Positions 14,392-28,403 of a DNA stretch of 64,000 bases are shown piece by piece. A program made the position numbers and the translations under genes. Origin of the DNA: Eledone cirrhosa (Eukaryota); contig OZ024740.1 in the NCBI GenBank assembly GCA_964016885.1, forward strand, positions 241,428,001 to 241,492,000. The letters are read 5' to 3'. The stretch's first letter is position 1. Each line of letters opens with the position of its first letter. The notes under the pieces were generated by a model. The model did not search any database. It worked only from the letters and a program-made list of their open reading frames with translations, and was not told where the DNA came from.

Positions 14392-15479
14392 TATATTTAT
14401 TTAAATATATAATTATGTTAAGAGAAATTTTTACAAGATTCATTGGGTATCCGTAGCATAAACTGGAAGTTGTTGGAATGTTAGTTATAACGTAATTCGA
14501 AGGTATTCACAGAAAAGTCAATGTATTAAATAGATTGTTAGTTTCTATGATTTTGTTAATTTCGAAATTTCTTCGTAAACATTCATATTTGTATATATGA
14601 ATACTGCATTCTATTTTTTTCTTCATTTATTACCTATTATTTTCCACACACTATATTGAAGTGTTTTGCATCCATTCGGCTCTAATTATATTTCATTACT
14701 ATATTTACTTGCGACTTTCCCTTATTTATAACCATGAAAATATCCTATAGGCATATTAATAACGTTCCATTCAATTATATCCAACATCATGTTTCTACTT
14801 CCTTATATGTAATTAAACTTATAATACACATCTTACACATCTTATACACACCACGCATCTCAACGTACACCCACTTACATCTCTCTCTCCACCACCGGAT
14901 CTTGTTACCCGGAGATTTACCCATTTGCATTGTCGAGGCTTCCAAACGACTTAAAGATATAAACTTATATGTTTGTTTCGTATTAATCGTATTCAATAAG
15001 CTCTCACCTACAATGGCTTTCCTATTAAGATAATCACACAGATTCTGCCTTTCAATACTGTCTTGAGAATTCGCGATCTTATACAGACATTATATAAAAT
15101 TGCTCCTTGGAATATATTAGAATATTGACCATAATATTTGCCAAATTTAGCCTAAAAGTTATTTTTAAAGATATTTCTAGAATATACTAAGTTAATTTTC
15201 TATTCAATGGTATTTTCCCGCAAAAATAACTAACCCTTAAATAAAGATATTAATAAACACAAACAAACACACACATATACACACACACATTCACACACGT
15301 ATACACACAAACACAAACGCATGCACACACACATACACACACATACAGACGGATATGCACACGCATGCAGATACACACATACAAATGCAGACATAGACAC
15401 ACAAACACACACACACAGTTCGTCTGTTTTAATGTTAAGCTGTTGAGAATGTAAATTTAAAGATTGCTTTCAAGAATAC

Positions 15480-15601
15480 CTGATAGCCGAGGACTCGTCC
15501 ACGCATAACTACTCTGGTGTCCCTTACTGTATCCCAGGTAACAACCATCGCAGTTGCATTGTAAGATGTGGCATATACATTAGTTGGGACTCCACGTGGC
15601 A
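15480..15601 (-). CDS. Cntn: Contactin-like exon, first half of FN3 domain 3 (MPRGVPTNVYATSYNATAMVVTWDTVRDTRVVMRGRVLGYQ)
   Basis: TTTCAG acceptor, CAG|GTATTC donor, 122 nt, phase 1-0. P..V.A...NAT...V.W and RG...GYQ motifs. Confidence 0.9.
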
Positions 15602-15726
15602 CTGAAACAAATATCATTAGTATCATTAACTCAAGAGACAAATAATGTATTCACCTATTAAATTTGAAAAAAAAAAAATGAAAAACAACGAATGAAATGT
15701 GAAAACTCTAAACAATATACTGGATA

Positions 15727-18360
15727 TTCCCAATGCAGCATCGCGCATCTCACACAGGCATCATATAACCGTCCTTTCGTACGCAGGGAGAAACCCTTCT
15801 TTGTCAACAGAAGAAGCAGCTCCTTAAACTTCTTCCATCCTGTCCTTATTCTAGATAATATGGCCTCTGAACAGCCCCCAACAATGCTAATCTGGTACCG
15901 GAAGCTATCAACCACTTCTAGAGAACCGACTTGCATTTGAAAAATGTGTCTATCTCTGCGACTTCTACTGTCAAATTTCCCTGTACATCTACTGCACACG
16001 TAGTTTTCCCTACCTGTTAGTTTGCCTGCTATCCCACTACATCTCTTGTGTACCCAAGATCTGTATTGTGTACATTTTATAGAATTTATGCCAGTTCCTT
16101 TTCTACATATCGAACATGGCCATTTACCTGATGGAATCAGAGTTTTGTCCTCTCTTCTACTTATCAGCACTTTTGTCTTAGCTATGTTCACTCTCAGTCC
16201 TCTTGATTCCAACTGGTGTTTCCATAGCCAGAATTTATTCTCTAGCTCCTCTACTAATTCTGCTATAAGAACCAGATCATCAGCATAGCGAAGTTCCCAT
16301 GGGCAGCCAGTCTTAAACTCCTCTGTTATGGCTTGGAGGACTATAATGAACAAGAGCGGGATGAGGACGGAACCCTGATGTACTCCTACTTGTATCTGGA
16401 ATTCCTCACTAAACTCCATTCCTACTCTCACTTTACTGACAGCACCTCTGTGCATAGCTTGCACTATCCTCACAAGCCATTCCTCTACACCTAGTTTTCT
16501 TATGGACCACTAGGTGACAGATCGGGGTACCCTATCAAAGGCCTTTTCTAGGTCAACAAAAGCCAAGTATAGTGGCTTATTCTGCTCTAAGAACCTCTCT
16601 TTTAGTTGTCTCACTAAGAAGAGGGCATCTGTTGTACTTTCCCCAGGAACAAAACCAAACTGCATCTCATCTAATTTGACCCTTTCTTTAATAAGTTGCG
16701 CTAATATTCTCTCTGCCACTTTCATAACCTGATCCATCAGTTTTATGCCCCTATAATTGCTCCTCTCCAGAGAATCCTCTCTACCTTTGTAGCAATTTAT
16801 GAGAATACTGCTGCACCAGTCTTTGGGTATGACTCCGCCATACATAGCCTGATTGACGATCCGTGCAACCAGTTTAGTGCCTACTTCCGATGCCTTCAGC
16901 ATCTCAACAACTATCCCCGGCGGTCAGCGGCCTTACCATTTTTCATTCCTTAATTGCCTTTTGGACCCTTTATTCGTCAATCTCAATAGCTGGTCTCTCT
17001 GTCGGGTCTACTGGGGGTAGTTTCTCTCTCTCCCATTCGTTCTCCACATTCATCAGTCTCTCATGATGACATTTCCAGGCCTCCTTTTTCTGATCATTCG
17101 TAACACTAAGTACACCAGCCTCATTTCAATCACACTTATCTCCAACAACATCCTGATTTACACTGACAATGCGGTTTACGCCTTGCAATGCGGAACACCG
17201 CACGTCACTGATCTTCCCATCGCAGAACATTGGCAAACCTCCTACACTCAGGCTCCCTGCGTGCTAAGTACACCTGACGTCTAGCTTCTCTCTTAGCGGC
17301 TGTGTATCGGTCTCTACTCCCACCATTTTCCCAAGAGTTCCATGTTAGTCTTTTGTTGCTAATGGCCCTATCTACCGTGCTGTTCCACACCCTGGTCACC
17401 CTCTGTCTGTTCGGAGCTCTGCTCCAGCCACAAGTTTCATCAGTAGCCTGCAGTAAGCTGTCACGTAAGCAATTCCAGTTATCATCTATGTTATACGATT
17501 CTAAATCGTCTTCTTTTTCGTCATACACATCTTGAAGAGCTTTTCTCAATTCATATTTTAGTGAAAGGTCTTTTAGCTTCCAGGCCTTCCTGTATGTCTT
17601 ATTTTATCTCTTGCTAACTGAGATATCACTAACGACTAACCTATGCTGTAGGGTACATTCTTCCCCGGGGTATGCCTTAATATTTGACACCATCTGTCTG
17701 TCTCGCTGCCTAACTAACAATAAGTCAATCTTGCTTATGGCTTATGTGCTCTTCCGATTTGTAGGTTTCTTGAAGTTAGTGTTGCAAATGGTTAGTGCAC
17801 TTGCATCACAAAATTCAAGAAGGTTCATTACTTCTTCGTTTCTTGAGCCATAACCGTGCCCACCATGTACCCCAGTGTATCCATCTTGGATCTGTCCAAC
17901 ATGACCATTGAAGTCCCCTGCTGGCATAGCGATGTCCCCGTCCTCTGTCATTGTGGCTGTTTCTAAAAGTTGCTCGTAAAAGCAGTCTTTCTCTTCTTTA
18001 CCTAGGCCCAACTGGGGAGCATGGGCATAGATGATTGTCAGCAGTTTCTTGCCTACTACTAATCTAATCTTAATTATTCTATTACTAACTCAAACTACCT
18101 CTATTGTCTTATCGATCCATCTCTCAGCCAGTAAAGTGCCTACCCCACCTAACTCATTATCATTAACTACCCAGAAAAGCTTAAAAACTAAGATGTTTGC
18201 CTGCGATTAGTCTCGCTGAGGCACCTCTCCATCTCATCTCTTGCACGCAACATACATCCACATGCCTTCTCTCTAGCATCTCCACTATATCTCCAGACCT
18301 ACCTGTTATAGTGCCAACATTAAGTGTGGAAACTCTGAGATGCGATGTCTTCATATTCTT
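15727..18360 (-). mobile_element. RTE-clade LINE, disrupted APE-RT ORF with 3' end missing
   Basis: APE motifs (TLNVGT, CVQEMRW, AGDFNGHVG). RT motifs (NYRGIKL, QFGF, FVDLEKAFDRV, GVHQGSVL, YADDLVL). Cys-rich insert CSIC...WVHKRC. Stops and frameshifts split the ORF. Probable 5' UTR extends to about 18900. Confidence 0.92.
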
Positions 18361-19624
18361 GTCCTTGTTGTGCGATTGCTTGATGACGGTCGAGGGTTCT
18401 CGCACATCACCGCACCAGCCACCCCACTAGCGTGCGCAGCCCTAACATGGTTAGTGTTATTGCTGTTTACGCAGTTACTGTAATACTTATTTGTTGTGAT
18501 CATAGTTTTTGGTATTAATATATACTGGTTGGATGCTCTTCCTAAAACCAGCACCACTTTACAGCATGGACTGGGTGCTTTTATTCGTGCCACCAGCACT
18601 AACGAGGTTGTCTTACTGGATTCAGAGGCCTTCTCCACCTCTCCATTTTACAGCATGGACTGGGTGCTTTTATTCGTGCCACCAACACTAGGGAAGTTGT
18701 CTTACTGGACTTAGCGGACTTCTCTACCCCGCACCAATTTATTCGGAGTGGTAGCTCTCCTAGACGGGTTGCCTACTCCGCTGAGCGGAACTTGGTTTAA
18801 CATGATATGTGCACGAGTGTTTAGCGTACAGTGCGAGGCATGCATACCAGAAGGTGATAGATATAGGATGGGTGGGATAAGAAATGGCCATTTCCTAGCT
18901 TCTGTTATCCTAAACCCGGCTATTCTATATGAGCTATTTTTCGTTACGAATATATATCCGCACATACACAACACACATATATAAACAGCTATATAAATAC
19001 ATTAGTACACATATTTATAAATATAAATAAACATCGAAAGAAGGAAATTGACAATTTTTCACTTATCTTTCTCTACTCCCTAAATTCTAAAATTATAAAT
19101 TAAATTCATCAAATAATAAACCAGTGTGTTTAATAAACGTGCTTCGCGTTATTCAGCTCGCGGTGCGTATGCACTTCCTTGTCTGCCTGGCTGAAACAGT
19201 ACTTAATCCGCTTGAAACCTTCAACGAATGATGCAATTGTTTGTAAAATTCGTGATATATATAAAATAGAGTCTATTCTTCTATATCTAGTCTATAGTTT
19301 CCTACTCGTTCAGATCTCCGATAGATAACATTATTATTTTAAATTGTTTCAATTATACTTTGAAGTATTTTTATGAGAGAGAGCTCTATATTGATGTCTG
19401 AGTTTCCTTTTCTTTTTTTTAACAATATCAAGCAATACTGGAAATACTTCTCTTTTGAAGACTCTATCTCATCCCAATTATGAACCCCCCCCCCCCAAGA
19501 AGAAAATACTGCACGTTTAGAACTTTTTCTTCTCATCATATATCTAATCAGAAAGAACTTATAAAGATTTTTCTATCAAAGACTTTCTTTGAAGAAGCAA
19601 ATGAAAAAATAAGTTATGTCTTAC

Positions 19625-19769
19625 TGTCTTCAGCAGAAAATATTGTATGGATGGTTGAATTCGGTCCTAAACCATAATCGTTAAATGGCTGAATTTTCAC
19701 TTCATATTCTGTATAAAATTGATTTCCTATATATGTTGTGAACGATGACACAGATTCCATTATCGTTTT
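19625..19769 (-). CDS. Cntn: Contactin-like exon, end of FN3 domain 2 (KTIMESVSSFTTYIGNQFYTEYEVKIQPFNDYGLGPNSTIHTIFSAED)
   Basis: TAG acceptor, GTAAGA donor, 145 nt, phase 0-1. YT.YEVK.Q.FN..G.GP.S and the contactin linker I.SAEDMP (completed with the next exon). Confidence 0.92.
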
Positions 19770-20518
19770 CTAAAACAAAACAAAACAAAAACAACCCAAA
19801 CATTTTAGCTTCATTTGAAAATTTCCTTTCGCGATGATTTTCATACACACCGCATATGAAAATATTATGAAAACTGTAAATAAACCGGATATATTGATAG
19901 CACTTTCGAATGTTGCTGAGGCTTAAAAAGAGCGAAACGTATCCTAATTTATTGCCATACTGTTACAGATCAAACGCACTGCGCACCACATTCCATAGTT
20001 AGTTGATTTTATTTAACTATCATTTCCAGGGATGTTTCTCTTGCTGCTATTGAGTGTTAGCATCACTAAGATAATCATTTTGCATCTCCCTTACCATCCT
20101 CCGGCGAAACGTCTTTTCCGCCGTGGGGCGGCCAGCACATGGGTCACCATTTGCTCATAATACAGAGAGATGGGGAGGGCAAGAGAGATAGAGACGATGA
20201 CAGTGAGTGTTCGGCTCTTCCGTGTTCGGACCAGGTGTGCGGCATCAGTTGTTCGTAGGGAGGTAGTAGTTTGTAATTAGCGAAGGTTTTTAGTACCCTG
20301 TGTTTGCAATTATGAAGAACTTGTATGATTTTCTTATCACATCAAGTAGCTAGCACGCACTTTACAAACAAGAGTGGATTCAACAATTCATATTACGCAT
20401 CGTAGTTTGGTTGGGTCATTGACAAAGACGTTTAAACTTCAACCGAACTGTAAATAGTTACCTTGAAAACATTACAGGAAGTTGTATAATATACAGTATT
20501 AAATTTTGTATTATATAT

Positions 20519-20720
20519 AGGAGGCATGACTCATGCGGCCTTTACAAGCACACCTGCAACCCGCACAAACATTTTTACAGCGCGAGCATGCTTTATCTTT
20601 GTAATATAAAATAAAATAAAAAAATAGTTGTAATGTGCGCAATTAGTTGTCGTGTGTGACCCTCAGACATCACATATGTGACGCATGTGGCCCTCGGAGA
20701 CCCCCAGTTTGACATGCCTG
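20519..20720. mobile_element. hAT-like MITE remnant
   Basis: Right end agtttgacatgcctg (CAGGCATGTCAAACT on minus) with subterminal gcggcc/gtggccc motifs typical of hAT-Charlie-like ends. The left end is decayed. Confidence 0.5.
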
Positions 20721-21066
20721 ATATACAGTACTTTTTATCTGATATTACTTAATTCAAATGACATTAAGTCTACTGAAAAACAAAAGAGACGAATATCAAC
20801 TTCATATATTTATTGAAGACTGCTAATAGAGAAGGCGGAACAATTTTGTTTACAAGCCTCTACTTATAATTTCAATACTTTGACAATAAACCTGCTCAAT
20901 TAGAGTCGATCTGAGTCGAAACAATAACAAAAAGAACACATATATACACGGGTGCACCCATAGCACAAACACACAATCCAGAATACATATATCTCCATAT
21001 ATATTTCTAGCATAATAGATATTCAGCAAGGATCACAAGGAGATAGCTACGAAAATAGTCACTTAC

Positions 21067-21156
21067 GTTTGACCAAGAATCACTTTTATTTGATTTGAGT
21101 TTCCAGTAGACATAGTATCCAATTCCAGTACCACTACGTTGCCACGTGTCTAGAGG
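21067..21156 (-). CDS. Cntn: Contactin-like exon, FN3 domain 2 middle (PLDTWQRSGTGIGYYVYWKLKSNKSDSWSN)
   Basis: CAG acceptor, GTAAGT donor, 90 nt, phase 0-0. PL......G.G.GY.V.W motif of contactin FN3-2. Confidence 0.9.
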
Positions 21157-21576
21157 CTGCAAATACAAATACTGATCCATTACGAAGAAAGAAACCTAAG
21201 GATAAAATTGCCTAATATTTATGAAGTCATAACTAGACAGATTTATTAATAAAACCTTTATGTTTAGATATGGTTAAAATATATTGTTTGTTTGAGTTAA
21301 AAAAAAACTTAACGAAGCAGTTTACTGCCAAAAGATGGACAAATATGAATCAATAAAGAAAACTGGCAACTGCTTCGCATTAGTTTTCTAGGTATCGGAA
21401 TATTTCATCTCTCCGCTCCCTTAAACATTGATTCAGTAAAAATGGCATGACAGTGTGTGTGTGTGTGTGTTTGTCCGTGCGCGCGTGTGCATATAACTCA
21501 ACCGAGAAAACAAAACATAATAAAAAATATGCTTAAATAAAATATTTTGATTTCAGTAAATTAATCCCATTCTATT

Positions 21577-22700
21577 ATGTATGTATGTGTGTATGTATGT
21601 ATGTATGTATGTATGTATGTATGTATGTATGTATGTATGTATGTATGTATGTATGTATGTATGTATGTATGTGTGGGTGTGTGTATGTTCTTCCGGTTTT
21701 ATAATTTCATAATTTTTTACCAATAGAGAGAGAGTAGGTTTCTGACATAGATACAAGACTCTCTCATTTGAATTTAAGCATCACCAACTAGGTAGATATC
21801 TATGTATGTCTGCATACTTGCATGTGTGTGCAGGTATGAATGTTATTGTATGGGTGTATGTGTATGTTTTGAGTTATATGTGTGTATGTGCATATGGTTT
21901 GTATGTGTACATGGATTGTACTTGTAATTTCTTAACTAGCGTGTTCTTTCAGATTCTGTGAAGTCCAGCTTCTCAAGATTTGTACTGAGGTAGTTCCTAA
22001 CATATCCCAGTGCTCCAATAATCACAGGTATAGGTCTGAAGGTATAGTCAGGGTGGAGTATTTGCAGATTTATTTCTGCATAGATATTCTCCTCTTTGCT
22101 AATCTTCCACTACTGTGCATGTCTTCTTTTCCCTGTCCCATATCATTATATCTGGTCTGTTATGCTTGCATTTTATTGGGGCTTTTACTGGAACATTCCA
22201 CCAGTATTCTTTCTTATTATGTATAAGTATGTCTTCCACATTGCTGTAGCTTTTAATGCGTTTATTGTCGGGGCTATCTTTTCTACGGATTGTATTGTAC
22301 AGTGTTTTGGTCACTACATCATTACTCATAGGTAGATAGTACCGTGATAACAACTTTGGACACCTGCTTATGACATGGGTGACATCTTCGATGTTAATTC
22401 TGCATTGTCTGCACTTGTTGTCACATGTAGTTGTTTTGCCTGCATCCCTATCTCTTTTGTGAAACAGGTGTTTTGTGTTGATTTTCTGTTCTTGAATTGC
22501 AAAAGCGTATCCTTCAAAGTGGGAGCCAATATAGCGGTTGTTGGTCCAAGATAGAGTCCTTTGCTTACCTCTATTACTCTCACTCTGGAGCTTCCTGGCA
22601 ACATATCAATGCATGATTTTTTGCTGATAAGCATGTAGTTTTTCATCCATGGATTACTGCGGAATTGCTGGGCAATTTCCCTGGGTGTGAGCTTTTGATT
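21577..22700 (-). mobile_element. R4/Dong-like (RLE) LINE, second 5'-truncated, degraded copy with a (TACA)n 3' tail
   Basis: Paralogous to 22701-23820. RYYLPMSNDVV and HNRPDIMIWD RLE motifs. Ends in a long (ATGT)n tract on the + strand. Confidence 0.85.
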
Positions 22701-24950
22701 ATGTATGTATGTATGTTCTTCTGGTTTTATAATTTCACAAAGTTTTACCAATAGAGAGAGAGAGTCGGTTTCTAACATAGACACAAGACTCTCTCATTGG
22801 AATTTACACAACATCAACTAGGTATGTATGCATGCCTGTGTAGATATAGATGTTATTGTATGTGTGGATGTGGATGTTTTGAGTTGTATGTGTGCATGTA
22901 TATATGCTTTGTATCTATCTGTACCTGTGTATATGCAGTTATTAGATGCAACATTTTTGGAATGTTTTACATATTTTTACTGTTCCATTAATGGATTGTA
23001 ATTGTAATTTCCTAACTAGTTGTGTTCTTTCTGTTCCTGTGAAGCCTAGTTTCTCAAGATTTGTATTGAGGCAGTTACTAACATACCCCAGTGCCCCAAT
23101 AATCACAGGCATAAATCTGAAGGTGTAATCAGGGTGGAGTATCTGCAGATTTCTCATCAGTTCTGCATAAATATCCTCCTTTTCACTAATCTTTGAAATT
23201 ATATTGGCATCTGCTGGGCAGCTAATTTCCACTACTGTGCATGCTTTCTCCTCCCTGTCCCATATCATAATATCTGGTCTTTTATGCCTGCATTTTATTG
23301 GGGTTTTTTACTGGAACATTCCACCAGTACCCTTTCATATGTACATGGATGTCTTCCACATTGCTGTAGCTTTTAATGTGTTTATTATCGGGGCTATCTT
23401 TTTTACGAACTGCATTGTACAGTGTTTTGGCTACTACATCATTACTCATAGGTAGATAGTACCGCGATGACATCTTTGGACAGCTGCTGATGACATGGTG
23501 ATATCCTCGATGTTAGTTCTGCAGAGTCTGCACTTGTTATCACATCTAGGTGTTTTGCCTGCATCCCTATCTCTTTTATGAGTCAGGTATTTCGTGTTAA
23601 TCTCCTGTTCTTAGATTGCAAAAGCGTATCCTTCAAAGTGGGAGCAAATATAGCGGTTGTTGGTCCAAGATAGACTACTTTCTTTAACTATATTACTCTC
23701 ACTCTGGAGCTTCCTGGCAACATATCCATGCATGATTTTTTGCTGATAAGCATGCAGTTTTTCATCCCGGGATTCACTGCGATACTGCTGAGCGACTTCC
23801 CTGTGTGTGAGTTTTTGATTATCACACAGGGAATATCTCTCGAGGAGTTCCTTTCCAACTCTCATGATCTTATCTGTTTCATGCAGATAGACTTGCTCGA
23901 GAAACGGGCTCCTACGCTTCGAGGTTCGTAGATGTTGTCGGAGAGATATGATGCGACATTCAAATGTTGTCTGGACTGATGTTAGACCTCTGCCTCCCTG
24001 CTTACGTTTCAAGTAAAGACGGTCTATATCACTGTTGATGTGGAGGTTTCCGGTGTTGTATAGTATTTTTCGAGTTCCAGCATCAACTGCTCGGATTTCG
24101 TCTATCGCCCAATTGAGTATTCCAAACGTTGGTGTTAGGACAGGCACAGCAAACACATTGTTAGCCACTGTTTTGTTTTGCGCAGAGAGTTCCGATGACC
24201 AGACCTTTCTTAATCGGGAATAGTATTCCCTGGTTACGCGTTCTTTATTACAGATACCATTATAGGATATGTGCTCATTTATCCCCAGGTATCTGTAACA
24301 GTTCTCATCAGATATCGGTGAAACAGTTAGGCAATTGACGACAATGTTGCTAGATTGGGTTGTTGTTTTTCCCCGCTTTACAGTCATGTATGAGCATTTA
24401 TCTTGGCCAAACTCCATTCCTATATCCTTTGAGAACGTTGTAACCAGGTCAAGATTTTTCTTCATCCCATCCATGTTTTTGGCATAGAGTTTCAGATCGT
24501 CCACAAAGAAATTATGGGTTAGGTTCGTATTTCTGTCCTCCTGTGAGCCAATGATGTATCCCTCACATTTCTTGAGCAGAAAGGACAAGGGGTTTAATGA
24601 CAAGATGTATAATATCACAGAGAGACTGTCTCCCTGAAATATACCTCTGCAATATTTTATTTTATCAGTGAAAATAGAATCCTCCTTCTCTGTCTTTAAC
24701 CTTAGGATAATAGCCCAAGAAGAAGACAGCCTCTCTATGGCTCTGACAATAATGTCTGGGACTTTAGCAAGTTGGAGGGCCTCTATCATCCAAGAGTGGG
24801 GAACAGAATCGAAAGCTTTCCCTTAGTCCAACCAGACTGTAGCCATATTCCTCCTAAGTTGTTGCACCTCCGACATCGCTGTTTTGTTGATTAGGAGTTG
24901 TTCAGCACATCCCCAAACCCTTTCTTTCCAGCTGCTTGTTCATCTGTGAT
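22701..24950 (-). mobile_element. R4/Dong-like non-LTR retrotransposon (RT, zinc-knuckle remnant, restriction-like endonuclease), 5'-truncated
   Basis: RGIFQGDSLS, FVDDLKLY, IDRLYLKRKQGGRGL, CRLC knuckle, PDIMIWD...VEISCP...EK..Y. (ATGT)n flanks both ends. Confidence 0.9.
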
Positions 24951-25026
24951 GATGTATGTATGTATGCGTGTGTATGTATGTATGTATGTATGTATGTATG
25001 TATGTATGTATGTATGTATGTATGTA

Positions 25027-25119
<93 letters not shown>

Positions 25120-26174
25120 ATGCCTGTATATGTAGGGTCACCAGTTGGTGCTACTGGTAACATGTATCCCAGTACAACCTGTCTCATGGTCGGGTCGTTG
25201 GCGACTAAACTGGCAACCCCACCAAGGTTTCTTGGTGAGGAGGGTGACTTTGGACATCCTGCAGTTCTAAAAACAAAACCTGTCAAAGGGCAAAGAAGCT
25301 CTTAAGAGTCAATGGCAATCAAAAATCACCGGGAGAGATGACCCCTTAGCCTGTGCCAAGGCAGAATTCTAGGAGAAGGAAAACTCTGATATAACGCCTG
25401 CAACTCTGATGGTATCCAATGATGTTGACTTGTTCTTCTTTTTGGTAAATATCATCTTGGTTAAGAGAGTGGGACTGGCTTTGTGCAGTGCCTTTGCTCA
25501 CTATAAAAGCTTCACGGTATAGGCATTGCTTTATATCTGGAGATCTCTCTGCACTTGTCGTCACATAGTACCATGGGCCCAGCACTATGTGTCAATAATT
25601 GTCACAAGTTTAGTGTTGTACCAGAGTTTTCAAGTCGCTTGCTGGACTAAAAAGTCACACTCGTTCAGCGCATCGGTAGGAGTTCTCCTACATGGATATA
25701 AAGTAGTGGCCGTACTCGAAAACGAGTTGGCAGCCACCATTTGTATATGCATGAGGGTTGGGTGGTAATGGTTAAGAAGTTCTATTTTCAATTATTAGGC
25801 CTTAGTTTCGATATCTAAGCGTGGGAAATGTCTCTTACCTTAATCTGGTACAAGCGCAAGGTTGTGAGCAAACTTGGGTTGAGAAAACCTGTTTGGAAGT
25901 CTGTTGTATGGACTCAAAGGGCCATCCTTGTCACACAACGTGTCGCACTGAACCTCCCTAGGAATTACGTTAAAGGTCCCAGAATTTGTGGAATACTCAG
26001 CCACTTACAAGTCAATTTCATGACCAGGCTATTCAGTTGGTCTAATAACTGGGGCACTAATCGTTGAAAAGGAGTGTGGTCCACTCCATGTGTGAAATTG
26101 TTGAACTCGACTAATTTGAAGTTTCTTGCCAAAATAATCGTTTTGCTGGTGTTATTTTTCTTGTCATTTTTTAT

Positions 26175-26290
26175 GGCATGATTGTTGCTGTTTCTCAGCT
26201 TGTGGCATGATTGTTGCTGTTTCTCAGCTTGTGGCACGATTGTTGCTGTTTCTCAGCTTGTGGTATGATTGTTGCTGTTTCTGAGCTTGC
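26175..26290. repeat. 29-bp tandem repeat, about 4 copies
   Basis: (ggcatgattgttgctgtttctcagcttgt)n. Confidence 0.85.
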
Positions 26291-26571
26291 AGTTAAACGA
26301 TTTTTAGTTGTGAATCTCCTGCTTTTAAATTTTCGGGAGTGGAAGAAAACAGTCAGGACGTCCATCATACTACATTTGGAACGCCTGTTCCTCTTGCTCT
26401 AAACCAAAGCCCACACATGACGTTCTTCCCTGAAGCAGATCCTATCGGAAATATTTTGGATGTTTTCCGGTGAAACCTCGGCGTGTATTTCCATTTTTCA
26501 TTTTCGACTTTAGTGTCGCTTTTACCTAATATTATGACTTACCGCCTACTCATGTATGTCCCCTACATAGT

Positions 26572-26645
26572 TATGACGAGGTCATCAGCATAGTCTAGTT
26601 CAGTGATAGTGAAATTTTGTCCCACAGTGACGCCCTGGAGATTCC
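26572..26645 (-). mobile_element. Small LINE RT fragment
   Basis: Translates as LQGVTVGQNFTITELDYADDLVI, the YADD catalytic motif. Confidence 0.65.
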
Positions 26646-27265
26646 ACAAAATTCTTATCGATCCCAGAAAGAAGAAACCTGTAATCGAACTCAGCTGTAA
26701 ATGAACTTAAAAATTAAAGGGACACAAGCTACTGTATGTAATCCGACGTTCAACCAAAAATATATTCTATTAATAAAAAGCTTTTACGTTCTAATTTGTA
26801 ATCTACCATGGCCACCTTTGTTTTCCACCAACTTTGGTAATTAGTAGCAAATACAGAATCGGTAAAGCACCAGATAAAATGCTCTTTTGTATTTAGTCAT
26901 TTTCCATTTTGATTTGAAATGGTCAACGTTTGCTTTCATTCATCCGATGTCTATTGTCTATAAAATAAAATGCAAGTCAAATACTGACGTCAATTTAATC
27001 GAATATAATCAGTCCCTTCATACTGGTGGTCTTTTGCTTAACTTCAAAAGAATTATTGTTAGGGATAGTAAGAATTTTAATCATGTAATTTCAAGGAAAA
27101 GTGTTAAGATTTATATTAATACTTTTAAAGTAAATCTAAATAATTAATATTAAAAGTCTAAGACGGGTTAAGATGTATTGTCCGCACACTTATTGAATAG
27201 GTCAAAATCTTGATATTATTGTGCAACAATCTCAAATATTTATAATTTTGAAAACTTTATCTTAC

Positions 27266-27360
27266 TGTCCATTGAATTACCAGCGTCTTTACTTTTCCTC
27301 CTCCGCCAGTTACAATTTTAGGAGCTATTAATGGTGGAGAGCCCATGGTGCGTATATAGC
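27266..27360 (-). CDS. Cntn: Contactin-like exon, start of FN3 domain 2 (GYIRTMGSPPLIAPKIVTGGGGKVKTLVIQWT)
   Basis: Long polypyrimidine tract, AAG acceptor, GTAAGA donor, 95 nt, phase 1-0. AP..V.GGGGK...L.I.W is characteristic of contactins. Not in the ORF track. Confidence 0.92.
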
Positions 27361-27566
27361 CTTAAATGACAGGAAAAAAGAAAGGAAAAAGATTTCAGTC
27401 ATGTTATTTAATCGTTGAATCTATTTAGTTTTATTCTTATATACTTATTTTTTTCAAGTCTGGTACTTATTTTATCGATTTACTTTTATCGAACGAAACT
27501 CCAAGTTAAGGGGCATAAATAAATAGTAAATGTAAACACATACACACGCACGCATACAAACACACA

Positions 27567-27606
<40 letters not shown>

Positions 27607-27773
27607 AATCGACTTTCGTCAAATCGGACCGCGGAAACATGTTTCCGTTGGTCTTTCCAATTGCTAATACTATCTATCGGTCGCAACTCCAGGTAGAAAA
27701 GGCTTCACGAAGACAGCTCAACAGAGACGTCTGAAATCGTTCATCAGAATGAAAATTTAATATGGACGCAAAA

Positions 27774-27850
27774 TATTTTTATTCTGATGAGCGTTTCAGA
27801 CGTCTCTGTTGAGCTCGCCTGTCTTCGTGAAACCTCTGGTAAATGGAATA
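27774..27850 (+). ncRNA. Hammerhead ribozyme motif in a fold-back element (inverted arm about 27703-27755)
   Basis: CTGATGA 27784-27790. Stem II base gcg/cgt. GAAA 27829-27832. Stem III acc-tct-ggt. GUA site. Stem I with G-U pairs. Confidence 0.65.
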
Positions 27851-27938
27851 ATTGTCTTATGTTGTTTATTACATAATTAAATAGCTCTGTAGCATACATA
27901 GAACACTCTCCTTTCCTTTACCGTTCCTACGGAAATAC

Positions 27939-28013
<75 letters not shown>

Positions 28014-28403
28014 ATTGTAAATAGCTAGTGCCCGACAGCAGAGCTTGTGTAGTTTCAACAGTGGATGGACTCCCAATTTCTCCCCATCTCTCTCACTCCC
28101 CCCTCTCTCTCTATTTCTTTCTCTCTCTCTCTGATTAATATTTCGAAATCAGTCGTATCTGTCTATAAAAGATGTGATCAGTCTTATTAACTTCAGGAGG
28201 TGTAATATTTTTCTTACGGAGTAACTGAAAAATGGAAATAGCACAGTCAATACACACACTCACATACACACAAACACTCACACGCACACAGACGCACATA
28301 CAGAGAGGCACCATGCGTTATCATAAGCGCATAAATATCTTTACACATATGTAAACACACATACACTCAGTTACACATAAACAAATAAATGCAAAACCAT
28401 TAC

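Noticed and set aside
14879-15030. GTAAGT donor-like site with an upstream ORF on the minus strand
   Set aside because: No FN3 similarity and no good acceptor.
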